62,411 nt of DNA from a bacterium (lineage in GTDB: Bacteria > Verrucomicrobiota > Verrucomicrobiia > JADLBR01 > JAIBCM01). Below are positions 54,291-62,411 of this stretch, in pieces. The notes below the pieces were generated by a model, which was not told the origin of the DNA, made no database searches, and saw only the letters and a program-made list of their open reading frames with translations. A program made the position numbers and the translations under genes. The stretch is from positions 1 to 62,411 of the forward strand of contig JAIFLJ010000176.1 in assembly GCA_020049135.1 (NCBI GenBank), in the 5' to 3' direction. Position 1 is the stretch's first letter. The number at the start of each line of letters is the position of its first letter.

Positions 54291-55877
54291 TCAAGTTTTG
54301 GGTTGCTCGCATGAAACAGGTTGCGGCATCACGGTTCTTAAAATGTAGAGCTTGTTTTTTTTATCTTCGTAAACCCTTTCCCATCCGGGAGTGTTTTCTA
54401 AAAGTGTAGCCACCGGCGAATCCGCACCGAGAATTGCCGATGTGAGTTTGTGCTTTTCGAAAACCTGACGCCACCGCCCCGTAAGGTTTTGGACACCAGC
54501 CAAGTCGCCCAACAAAAACTTGTCTCCGTAGAGATCGGCCCTGTCATCTACGAAAACTTTTAATCGCGGATTAAAATAATAAATCAATTCTCCAGCCTCG
54601 CCTGTTCCATGAAAAGGTCTCTGAAAATCAGCAATGTGAGATTCTATAAAAGCCATTGCCCCACGGCTCAAGTGGATGCCTGCCAACTCGCGTCTGAAAA
54701 GCTCTGGGCGAGCCACTGAGAGCCACATAAAAAGAAAGGCCAACGCAGCGATCTGCCACACCTCTCCACGGAGCATCTGTTGCTGCTCCCCAATACGGCG
54801 TGCCGCCTTGTCGAATCCTGGCATATACAGAGCAACTATGGCGGAAAGTTCCCGCGCGAAAAACGGCCCAACAACCATGATAAAAGTAAAAATGTGGCGG
54901 TTGTGTTTCAGCGCAAAAAACAAGAAGAACGCCAGGCAGACACATTCCACAGCAGCGAGAGGCTTCTGCTTGCGGCACAAGACCAAAAAGAACAATACCA
55001 GCAAAATGAGATATATCAGCATCCCGCCACCAGCATTGTAGTTTGGGCGAGCAAATTCTTGAAACATCGTCAGCGAAGCCAGCCCCTGCACTTCCAAAAT
55101 TACGCCGTGTAAGCGGGGGCCGTACGGGTTAAGCAGACTAGCGGTTCCCACTGAAATAAAAAGTGCCGCATAAAATTTCGCCCTGCAATAAAGGCACTCG
55201 CTTCGTTTTCTCAGCCATTCCACGCCGGAGACACCTGCATATATCCCGACCAAAACTATGCCCAGACAAAAGCCAGGATGCAGGTTGCACCACGGCACCA
55301 TTAGCAGCGGCATCCAGATGTATTTCTTGTAATCCCATGTTTTGTCGCCGCTGTTGTCCACCCATGAGCGTTCGGCCTTTTCTAGCGCTAGAAGGAAAAA
55401 AGAAAGAAAAAGGTATGTAACAATGTGGGGGCGGACAAGCCCGTGCAGAAGCCAGACCATGTGCGTCAAAAGAGCGCAGCCGAGGGCGATAAAAATATTG
55501 GCTCCCGCGGCCATCATTCTGCGGTAAAGAAGTACTGGCAACAGCGAATAAATCACCACGCAAACAGCCGTCAATAATGGCAGTCCGCCTACCCGCTCAA
55601 TCAGTGCCATGAGCACCTCAAACAGCCACTCATAAATGACACAGACAGTGCCAGACGGCAGAGTGAATGAATAAAGATCAACCTGCGGCAGGGCACCCGA
55701 ATCCAAAATTATCTGGCCAGTTTTCAGATGCCATCCTGTGCCAGGGTCGGCCAAGGGGTTGTCGGGTCTGACAAAAGTCCGCAGCGGAAAAATCGCAAAA
55801 AGCAAAACCGTCAAGACTGGCGCGAGCCAGAGTCTAGCCTTTTGCGAAAACTGTGTTTGCCCTACCTCGTTGCTCAC
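54291..55877 (-). CDS. Polytopic membrane protein, paralogue B (GT-C/polymerase-like, unknown function)
   Basis: The GTG start at 55877 (GGAGGAG 5 nt upstream) makes a GTGA overlap with the upstream paralogue. Shared blocks with paralogue A: DPGTGWHLKTGQ, YEWLFEV, GGLPLLTAVCVVIYSLLPVLLYRRM and VFVDDRADLYGD. Confidence 0.65.
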   Translation of the reverse strand: MSNEVGQTQFSQKARLWLAPVLTVLLFAIFPLRTFVRPDNPLADPGTGWHLKTGQIILDSGALPQVDLYSFTLPSGTVCVIYEWLFEVLMALIERVGGLPLLTAVCVVIYSLLPVLLYRRMMAAGANIFIALGCALLTHMVWLLHGLVRPHIVTYLFLSFFLLALEKAERSWVDNSGDKTWDYKKYIWMPLLMVPWCNLHPGFCLGIVLVGIYAGVSGVEWLRKRSECLYCRAKFYAALFISVGTASLLNPYGPRLHGVILEVQGLASLTMFQEFARPNYNAGGGMLIYLILLVLFFLVLCRKQKPLAAVECVCLAFFLFFALKHNRHIFTFIMVVGPFFARELSAIVALYMPGFDKAARRIGEQQQMLRGEVWQIAALAFLFMWLSVARPELFRRELAGIHLSRGAMAFIESHIADFQRPFHGTGEAGELIYYFNPRLKVFVDDRADLYGDKFLLGDLAGVQNLTGRWRQVFEKHKLTSAILGADSPVATLLENTPGWERVYEDKKNKLYILRTVMPQPVSCEQPKT

Positions 55878-57418
55878 GGATTCTCCTCCGCACTGTTTTT
55901 CAAAACAAAAAGTTTCACTTTTTCGTCCTCGAAAACTTTTTTCCACTCCTGCGCCCCTTCTAAAAGTGTGGTGGCTGGATAGTGTGCTGGCATTATGGCC
56001 GAAGTTACTCCGTGGCGTGCCAGCACCTCTTTCCATTTGGGTCGCGCCTTCACGATTTCAAAAAGCTCTTTTTCCCAGAAATCGTCCCCGTAAACATCGG
56101 CGCGATCATCGCAGAAAACCGGAATCTGGCCTTTGAAGTGGTAGATTATAGCACCGCCCTGTGCTGTGGTATTGAACGGCTTCTGAAACTCTTTGGCGTG
56201 GTCGCGCAAATATTCGATAGCACCAAGGCTCAACCCCGCTCCGCCCAAATCTCTTTTGAAATATTTGGGCGCGGCCAAGCTGAACAAAATAAAAAACAAA
56301 CCAGCGAAAAGTATTCCCGTCCAGTTGATGCGCATGCCTGAAGTATGCCGAAACAATCGCGCCCAGCGGGGCGGCAACGCTCGCACACAAGCTGAAACCT
56401 CCGCCGCAAAAACTGGCCCAGCCACCAGAACAAACAAAAAAACATGCCTCACGGCGCGGAGCGAGTAGTAGAAGAAAAACAGCAGTAAAAGTGTGCGCGG
56501 TAAAGAGAGTGCCCCTCTCTTCACAGAAAGCAAAACCACCAGCCCTATGAGCAGTGCCAGATAAATACTCATCCCGCCGCCAGCGTGAAAATTAGGGCTA
56601 GAAAACTCCTGCCATATAGAAATCGTTTTTAGGTGAACTATATCTAGCACGGAACTGTGCAGACCGAGTCCATAAGGGTTTACTGCACTCGCTAAAAGAG
56701 ACCCTACCATTATCACCGCATAAGATTTAATTTTTTCCAAATCATACTGGGATCGGCCTGAATAAATCCATCTCAGCACGGACGCAAATCCGTAGAGTCC
56801 CACCAGCACGAGTCCAACGCAAAACCCGCCGTGGACATTTGCCCATACGGCCATCACTGGCATCATCCAGCAGAGGTGTTTCCAAGCAGGCCAACTGTTT
56901 TTATCGCGATCCAACGAATCAAGTGCCGACTCGAACAAAATGAAAAAAAGATAGGTAAAAATATGTGGGCGCGCCACGCCGTGCATGAGCAGCACAGTAT
57001 AAAATGCGCTGGCTGAGAAAAAAGCGGTGACCGTATCCGCCCCCTCGCGCTCCATTCTGCGAAAAAGCAAAACGGGTAAAAGCGAATACACCGACACGCA
57101 TGCCGATGTGAGGAGGGGAAGCCCCCCGACACCCACCATCCACGCCGCTACCACTTGGAACAGCCACTCGTAAAGTATCCACGGACTTCCGTAGGCCGTG
57201 TGCGAGTAAAAATCCGTGCGCGGTATTGTCCAGTTATCAATAATCCATTGGCCAGTTACCAAATGCCAACCCATGCCAGGATCGGAAAGCGGCTTGTCGG
57301 GCACCACAAAAAGGACGGCCAAAGGATAAAATGCAAAGAGCATCCAAGGGGCGAACTTAGCAACAAGCGCACCTAACCCGCTGGATACAGCGTAGCCAGA
57401 CTTATCAGCCGCCAACAT
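55874..57418 (-). CDS. Polytopic membrane protein, paralogue A (GT-C/polymerase-like, unknown function)
   Basis: DPGMGWHLVTGQ, YEWLFQV, GGLPLLTSACVSVYSLLPVLLFRRM and VFCDDRADVYGD, with ~12 TM segments and a C-terminal soluble domain. Confidence 0.65.
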   Translation of the reverse strand: MLAADKSGYAVSSGLGALVAKFAPWMLFAFYPLAVLFVVPDKPLSDPGMGWHLVTGQWIIDNWTIPRTDFYSHTAYGSPWILYEWLFQVVAAWMVGVGGLPLLTSACVSVYSLLPVLLFRRMEREGADTVTAFFSASAFYTVLLMHGVARPHIFTYLFFILFESALDSLDRDKNSWPAWKHLCWMMPVMAVWANVHGGFCVGLVLVGLYGFASVLRWIYSGRSQYDLEKIKSYAVIMVGSLLASAVNPYGLGLHSSVLDIVHLKTISIWQEFSSPNFHAGGGMSIYLALLIGLVVLLSVKRGALSLPRTLLLLFFFYYSLRAVRHVFLFVLVAGPVFAAEVSACVRALPPRWARLFRHTSGMRINWTGILFAGLFFILFSLAAPKYFKRDLGGAGLSLGAIEYLRDHAKEFQKPFNTTAQGGAIIYHFKGQIPVFCDDRADVYGDDFWEKELFEIVKARPKWKEVLARHGVTSAIMPAHYPATTLLEGAQEWKKVFEDEKVKLFVLKNSAEENP

Positions 57419-57469
57419 TTATAAAACTCCTGCTATCATGAAACCTTCGCCTGTCCCTTTTTCAAACAC

Positions 57470-58324
57470 TCAAACCTTACAGACAACCGTCTGCAAAAAA
57501 GCACCTTTCCAAATTCTACCGAGTGCGAAAAGCAGAGCAACACCCACGCTTTTCAATCTATCTGCGACAAATCCACACTCCGCAAAATCTACCGCCGCAA
57601 GAGGAAAGTTGTGCGTGCCTTGGGAAAGGACTTCCATGCCTGCGCTTTCAACAAGGCATCGCAACGATGCCGTGGTAAAGTGGTGCAGATGGTGTTTCGA
57701 GTAGAGCCGATTTAAAACACTATCGAACCCCACCACATTCATCCATTTTGATACGGAATAAATCAGGCCACCTTCATTGAGCGTCATCAGCACAACTGTC
57801 GCCCCAGGCTTCGCCAATGCCTTTATTCTGCTGACAAAACTGCGGATGTCACCCACATGCTCTATAACGGCTAGAGAGACCACAAAATCGAAGCCGCTAC
57901 CTAGATCGGTCTTGTAAAAATCACCAGTTATAAAACGGATGCCATCCACAGACGGCGGTGCCGCTAGGTCAATTCCAGTCAGAACAAAAGTCGGCTCTTT
58001 TCCGCGCAAATACAAAAGGAAATCGCCCATGCCGCAGCCTACATCTAAAACTTTCAGCCCGCCGCCCTTAGACACCGCAATTTTTGCTATCTCGCCGAAA
58101 AGTTCCAGATTCGGGTTGGCGAACCAGTTTTTATGCGTCTCTCTGAAATATTCTTTGCTGTAAGATTCAGCGGCGACAGTCCTCGGGTCAGTGAAACAGT
58201 GCGTGCAAGACGGGCATCTCATTAACACCCCTTCCGGGTGCGTGCAGCACGCCTGCGCATCATGTTGGCAAACGGGGCAGGCAAATACATCTGTCACCAA
58301 ACTCATGCCGCCATTATCCCCCAT
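57470..58324 (-). CDS. Class I SAM methyltransferase with N-terminal Cys4 zinc ribbon
   Basis: CPVCQHD...CPSCTHC followed by KVLDVGCGMGDFLLYL. The start is ambiguous (ATG at 58324 or 58306). Confidence 0.7.
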   Translation of the reverse strand: MGDNGGMSLVTDVFACPVCQHDAQACCTHPEGVLMRCPSCTHCFTDPRTVAAESYSKEYFRETHKNWFANPNLELFGEIAKIAVSKGGGLKVLDVGCGMGDFLLYLRGKEPTFVLTGIDLAAPPSVDGIRFITGDFYKTDLGSGFDFVVSLAVIEHVGDIRSFVSRIKALAKPGATVVLMTLNEGGLIYSVSKWMNVVGFDSVLNRLYSKHHLHHFTTASLRCLVESAGMEVLSQGTHNFPLAAVDFAECGFVADRLKSVGVALLFALGRIWKGAFLQTVVCKV

Positions 58325-58415
58325 TTCCGTGCCACAATCAAGCCCGACGGATTCACCCAGAAAATAAATCCCCACTAGAGTTTGCAAATAGCTCCAAAGA
58401 ATTTATAATTGCATC

Positions 58416-58871
58416 ATGGAACTTGATGAACTCTACCAACATGTAATTTTAGACCACTCAAAGCGTCCCAGGAATTTTGGCACACTCCCCGCCCCGGCTC
58501 TCTTTTGCCAAGGCACCAATCCTTCTTGCGGAGACGAAGTCACTGTTTACCTCAATGTCGGCGACTCGGGCACGGTTTCCGATGTCCGCTTTTCGGGGCA
58601 AGGCTGCAGCATTTGTATGGCGTCTTCTTCCATGCTTACCATCAAAGCGAAGGGAAAAACCGTCGAGGAAACCAAAGCACTACTGCACGAATACCAGAAT
58701 ATGATAACAGCCAAAGAAGAGCCGACATCGCTTCCAGCCGCCTTGGGCGAGCTGAAACTTTTCAAAGGTGTACGCAAGTTCCCGCAGCGGGTCAAATGCG
58801 CCACCCTTTGCAGCCACGCCATGCTGGAAGCTTTCCAGTCACAATCCTCTTCCACTACCACCGAACAATAA
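58416..58871 (+). CDS. sufU: SufU/IscU-like Fe-S cluster assembly sulfur-transfer protein
   Basis: LYQHVILDHSKRPRNFG, NPSCGDEV, GQGCSICMASSS and VKCATL. Confidence 0.85.
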   Translation: MELDELYQHVILDHSKRPRNFGTLPAPALFCQGTNPSCGDEVTVYLNVGDSGTVSDVRFSGQGCSICMASSSMLTIKAKGKTVEETKALLHEYQNMITAKEEPTSLPAALGELKLFKGVRKFPQRVKCATLCSHAMLEAFQSQSSSTTTEQ

Positions 58872-58884
58872 CCGCAAACAACCC

Positions 58885-60507
58885 ATGCCACACACCCTTT
58901 CGACCCCGCGCTCTTTCACACCAGGCGACACGCCGATCGAAAAATACAAGATGGAAAAGGACGGCATAGATGTCCTAGAAGACATCTACCGCTACGCAAA
59001 AACGGGTTTTGCATCAATCACGCACGGCGACTTCGACTTGATGAAATGGTACGGCATCTACCGCCAAAAACCAAATGACAGCGGCTATTTCATGATGCGC
59101 CTACGCATTCCGGGCGGGCAGCTCAACGCGGCACAGATGGAAACCATCGCCGCATTAGTCCGTGACTACGGGCACGGTTTCGGCGACATCACCACACGGC
59201 AGGCCATCCAGATGCACTGGATACGGATCGAGAATGTCACTGCCATTTTCGAAAAACTTCAAACCTCTGGCCTCACCACATTCGGAGCGTGCGGCGATAT
59301 TACACGCAACATTGCCGGATGCCCGATAGCAGGTGCAGACCCAGATGAACTGATTGATGTCACACCGGTCATCCAGTCGCTGAACGACCATTTTGTGGGG
59401 AACCGCGAGTTTTCAAACCTGCCGCGCAAACTCAAAATGTCCGTTTGCGGATGCCGTCTGCATTGCGCCCAGCCAGACATAAACTGCGTCGGCTTCTTCG
59501 CCATGGAGCGCGAAAAAAACGGCAAAAGAGAAGTCGGTTTTGGCGTGAAAGTTGGCGGAGGTCTTTCCACAGCACCGCACCTTGCGCAGACGCTCCCCAT
59601 CTTCATCCGCCCCGATGAAGTAACCGCATTCGCCCACGGGATCGCCACCGTGTTCCGCGATTTCGGTCCGCGCCAGTCGCGAAACAAAGTGCGCCTGAAA
59701 TTCCTCGTTGCAGACTTGGGGGCGGACAAGTTATTGGCGCATGTGGAAAAAGTTCTGAACAAATCTTTCGAGCGGCACGAAAACTTTGTTTTTCCAGAAG
59801 ACCCAGAGACAGACCACCTCGGCATCCATCCGCAAAAACAGCCAGGCTTGTTCTACGCTGGCATATCGGTGGCAGGCGGGCGCGTTCGTTCGGGCGACCT
59901 TTTCAAAGTGGCTGAGTTGGCCAAAACCTACTGTGCCCCCAGCCTCGACTCCATTCGCACTACGAACAAACAAAACCTGATCCTGTTAAACATCCCAGAA
60001 AAAAACATCGCCCCACTCAAAGCGGCCATGTGCGACGCCGGGCTCGTCTGGGCGCCTTCCGTATTCCGTCGCGGCTGCGTCTCCTGCACGGGCATGGAGT
60101 TTTGCAACCTAGCTCTGGCTGAAACAAAAAATAGGATGGTTGCGCTGATTTCGGAACTGGAAAACGAATGTTCCTTTTTCGATCACGAAAACGAAAAAAT
60201 ACGCATCCACTTCAGCGGTTGCCCAAGCTCGTGCGGACAGCACCAGATAGCGGACATCGGTTTCCGAGGCGGGCGCACGCAAATCGGCGGCATACCGGTC
60301 GAATGTTTCGACTTGTTCGTTGGCGGCAAACTTGGAGACAAAGCCAAGTTCAGCACGCAGGTGAAAGGCAAAATACCCGCCGCGCATTTGGCCTCAAACA
60401 TACGGCGCGTCCTCGAGTTCTACACCCAAAACCGCCAAGCGGGGGAATCCTTCTCGCAGTTCGCCGCACGCCACGACAAAAGCCACTGGGTCACCGCACT
60501 CGCATAA
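58885..60507 (+). CDS. Ferredoxin-dependent sulfite/nitrite reductase (siroheme/4Fe-4S)
   Basis: Duplicated NiR/SiR domains. The Cys cluster reads GCVSCTGMEFCNLALAETK...FSGCPSSCGQH. Confidence 0.8.
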   Translation: MPHTLSTPRSFTPGDTPIEKYKMEKDGIDVLEDIYRYAKTGFASITHGDFDLMKWYGIYRQKPNDSGYFMMRLRIPGGQLNAAQMETIAALVRDYGHGFGDITTRQAIQMHWIRIENVTAIFEKLQTSGLTTFGACGDITRNIAGCPIAGADPDELIDVTPVIQSLNDHFVGNREFSNLPRKLKMSVCGCRLHCAQPDINCVGFFAMEREKNGKREVGFGVKVGGGLSTAPHLAQTLPIFIRPDEVTAFAHGIATVFRDFGPRQSRNKVRLKFLVADLGADKLLAHVEKVLNKSFERHENFVFPEDPETDHLGIHPQKQPGLFYAGISVAGGRVRSGDLFKVAELAKTYCAPSLDSIRTTNKQNLILLNIPEKNIAPLKAAMCDAGLVWAPSVFRRGCVSCTGMEFCNLALAETKNRMVALISELENECSFFDHENEKIRIHFSGCPSSCGQHQIADIGFRGGRTQIGGIPVECFDLFVGGKLGDKAKFSTQVKGKIPAAHLASNIRRVLEFYTQNRQAGESFSQFAARHDKSHWVTALA

Positions 60508-60518
60508 GAAACCACCCC

Positions 60519-61661
60519 ATGCAGCGCAGCTCTAGGCTGGTGATGATCACCCACGAGTATGCCCCGTTCCGTGGCGGGATAGCCACCTACTGCGAAGAGG
60601 TGGCACTGGCTGCACACGCCCTCGGCATGAAGTTTGAAGTGTGGGCTCCTGGAACGGGAAAATACGCTGGGGCAACCGATTGCGATTCGCCATTCCCAGT
60701 AAAAAGGCTCGCCTACGGCGGGCGTCTCACACCGACAGACCTGTTCAGATTGATGCTCGAAATTCTCCGTCACCGCAAGCTGCTCGATGGTGCTACAATC
60801 TACCTCCCCGGGATTGGCTCACAGATAGTTTTCATATTGCTGTGTGCGGCAGGATTTTTTAAAAAGCACCTTTTTGTCACCACATTCCACGATGTTGAGC
60901 CTCTACGGTTCGGGCGTAACCCGCTCATCCGTCCTCTGGCACCAGCGTTTTTCAAGCGGGCATGGAAAATAACAACCGCATCGAAATGCGCTAAGGAACG
61001 GCTTGCTCAAAGTTTCATGGACAACTTGGCGCAGCGAGCAGCAGTCGCCCCGTGCGCACTGAAAAGCGGGCTGAAAAAAGCGGGCGGAACCCTCGCGGCA
61101 GGCCGGGAACAGAGCGGCACTGGAAAAATCAAAATTTTGACGCTGGCGAGAATACACCCGCGCAAGGGGCAACTTGAAGTGGCTCACGCGCTAGGCATAT
61201 TACCTGAAGAAACAAAGAAAAAAATCATCTGGCAACTCGCTGGGAAAGGCGATGGGGAATACCTGCGGGAAGTGCTGCGGATAGCCAACGAAAATGAAGT
61301 CGAAACAGAACTTCTAGGCGAAATCAGCGGTGATGACATGGCCTCAGTTTACGCGCAATGCGACATCTACGCCATGACTTCGCGTGAGATGCGCGACAGC
61401 GCAGAAGGGTTCGGAATGACCTACTTGGAAGCAGCTTATTTCGGCAAGCCGACAGTCGGTTATCGCGTTGGAGGGGTGGGCGAAGCCGTGGTGGACGGAC
61501 AGACAGGATTCTTGATCGAAGAAGGCGACCGCAAAGGCGTGGCAGAGGCGATACTTCGCCTAGCCAACGACCCAGAACTGAGACGCAAAATGGGCGAGGC
61601 TGGAAAAAAACACACCGGTAATTTCGACTGGAAAAAAACAGCGGCTATACTGTTTGAGTAA
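60519..61661 (+). CDS. GT4 glycosyltransferase
   Basis: LVMITHEYAPFRGGIATY and SAEGFGMTYLEAAYFGKPTVGYRVGGVGEAV. Confidence 0.8.
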   Translation: MQRSSRLVMITHEYAPFRGGIATYCEEVALAAHALGMKFEVWAPGTGKYAGATDCDSPFPVKRLAYGGRLTPTDLFRLMLEILRHRKLLDGATIYLPGIGSQIVFILLCAAGFFKKHLFVTTFHDVEPLRFGRNPLIRPLAPAFFKRAWKITTASKCAKERLAQSFMDNLAQRAAVAPCALKSGLKKAGGTLAAGREQSGTGKIKILTLARIHPRKGQLEVAHALGILPEETKKKIIWQLAGKGDGEYLREVLRIANENEVETELLGEISGDDMASVYAQCDIYAMTSREMRDSAEGFGMTYLEAAYFGKPTVGYRVGGVGEAVVDGQTGFLIEEGDRKGVAEAILRLANDPELRRKMGEAGKKHTGNFDWKKTAAILFE

Positions 61662-61699
61662 GCCTTTTGTAAACTTGTCTTCTCTGAAAATAGAACGGA

Positions 61700-61727
61700 G
61701 GGTGGGCTTCTGGCCCGCCTCTTTCGT
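61700..61727 (+). terminator. Terminator candidate after the GT4 gene
   Basis: GGGTGGG-cttctgg-CCCGCCT stem (with G-U pairs) followed by ctttcgt. Confidence 0.35.
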
Positions 61728-61817
61728 AACGACATAACGCCGCTGAAATCTGAAGAAGCAGTCGAGGATACCTGTGCCGCATTTTCATCCCATGTAGTGT
61801 TCTAAGAACATGGGGAC

Positions 61818-62081
61818 TCACCCGTATATCTCGCTCCTGTGCCCAACATAAAGCACTAGAACTACCAACACGCCATCATCCACTCTGTAAATTACTCGGT
61901 ATTCCCCAGTTCGCACCCTATAAAGGTTTCCTCTGCCCACCAATTTCTTGCACCCGCTAGGTCTTGGATTCTCCGCGAGCTTCTCTATCGCTGCATCAAG
62001 CCTTGATTTAAGTTTTGAATTTCTCAGCTTGCTCAAATATTTGGCTGCTGCTGGCGCATACTCTATTTCGTATTTTGTCAC
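61818..62081 (-). CDS. relE: RelE/ParE-family toxin
   Basis: YEIEYAPAAAKYLSKL...CKKLVGRGNLYRVRTGEYRVIYRVDDGVLVVLVLYVGHRSEIY. The GTG start makes a GTGA overlap with the antitoxin stop. Confidence 0.75.
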   Translation of the reverse strand: MTKYEIEYAPAAAKYLSKLRNSKLKSRLDAAIEKLAENPRPSGCKKLVGRGNLYRVRTGEYRVIYRVDDGVLVVLVLYVGHRSEIYG

Positions 62082-62263
62082 GATGTCCCTTCTTTGCGGC
62101 ACATCTCCAGATACTCTTCATGCATTATAAAATTTCCATCCGCCTCTGCCCGTTCCGCAGCGGCTATATCACGCATGTCTTCAAGCAGCTCCGCAAGCTC
62201 ATGGCGTTCTGCATCTGTCATCTGTTCGACTTTTTCTTTGATTTCTAAAACTGCCGTGCTCAT
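62078..62263 (-). CDS. Small acidic antitoxin partner of RelE
   Basis: A 61-aa helical acidic protein (EKVEQMTDAERHELAELLEDMRDIAAAE) directly upstream of and coupled to the toxin. Confidence 0.55.
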   Translation of the reverse strand: MSTAVLEIKEKVEQMTDAERHELAELLEDMRDIAAAERAEADGNFIMHEEYLEMCRKEGTS

Positions 62264-62411
62264 GGTTTTACCTTAGCATATCAACGCCGTGAATCAAATC
62301 CAAACAGGTGTTGGAGAGGGGGGTGTGATTAAAAGTGGGTGAGGTTAAAATATTTTTCTCAATATGGGCGTTTAAAAACTATGATGCGGAGAGTTTATTT
62401 TGCTATTGGAT

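Noticed and set aside
60168-60518. Long N-terminal extensions of ORFs: 60168 for the GT4 gene, 58768 for sulfite reductase, 18920 for the SDR, 18537 for the epimerase, 26172, 29119, 34439 and 17344
   Set aside because: The extensions overlap the preceding genes, are Arg/Pro-rich, and internal ATG/GTG starts give canonical N-termini and ATGA/GTGA coupling. The shorter models were adopted.
1-62411. Search for CRISPR arrays, tRNA/rRNA/tmRNA genes, IS elements, integrases or att-like long repeats
   Set aside because: I saw no regularly spaced direct repeats, no tRNA-like GGTTCGAATCC/T-loop contexts and no transposase/integrase-like ORFs by eye. A computational scan (tRNAscan-SE, Infernal, ISEScan, minced) would be needed to be certain.

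Overview
The window is 62.4 kb of bacterial DNA. I found no rRNA, tRNA, CRISPR array or recognisable IS/transposase. All domain calls rest on motif recognition by eye and need HMM confirmation.

Layout:
- nt 2-47037, all on the + strand, is one very large surface-glycan (O-antigen/capsule/EPS-type) biosynthesis supercluster.
  - About 11 glycosyltransferase domains (GT2, GT4/GT-B, GT10, GT11).
  - A CDP-hexose branch: rfbF, rfbG, C-methyltransferase, 3,5-epimerase, reductase.
  - A GDP-fucose/colitose-type branch: fcl, a ColD-like 3-dehydratase, GT10 and GT11 fucosyltransferase families.
  - An amino/acetamido-sugar branch: NDP-sugar dehydrogenase, LbH acetyltransferase, DegT aminotransferase, AsnB amidotransferase, second C-methyltransferase.
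  - A WecA/MraY-type initiating transferase with an unusual C-terminal extension.
  - Polyprenyl-phosphate GT2s, two large polytopic membrane proteins and an MsbA-like ABC exporter.
- Many gene pairs are translationally coupled by ATGA/GTGA overlaps.
- The locus is compositionally mosaic, with visibly AT-rich cassettes.
- The locus is interrupted at operon junctions by selfish or defence-type modules:
  - an MNT-like protein plus an orphan Phd antitoxin;
  - HigBA;
  - VapBC plus a decayed second TA;
  - a frameshifted four-helix-bundle gene;
  - an ABC-type ATPase + DUF4276-like two-gene module sitting next to a glycosyltransferase relic. This module is my best candidate for an undescribed (defence) system.
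- nt 47123-62263 is mostly housekeeping:
  - a DEAD-box helicase;
  - class I fumarase, SufU and sulfite/nitrite reductase;
  - a long minus-strand operon of Zn-ribbon methyltransferase, two tandem paralogous ~520-aa polytopic membrane proteins, fumarase, an expanded COG0523 GTPase and a WD40 protein;
  - a truncated Fic gene;
  - a RelE-type TA pair.
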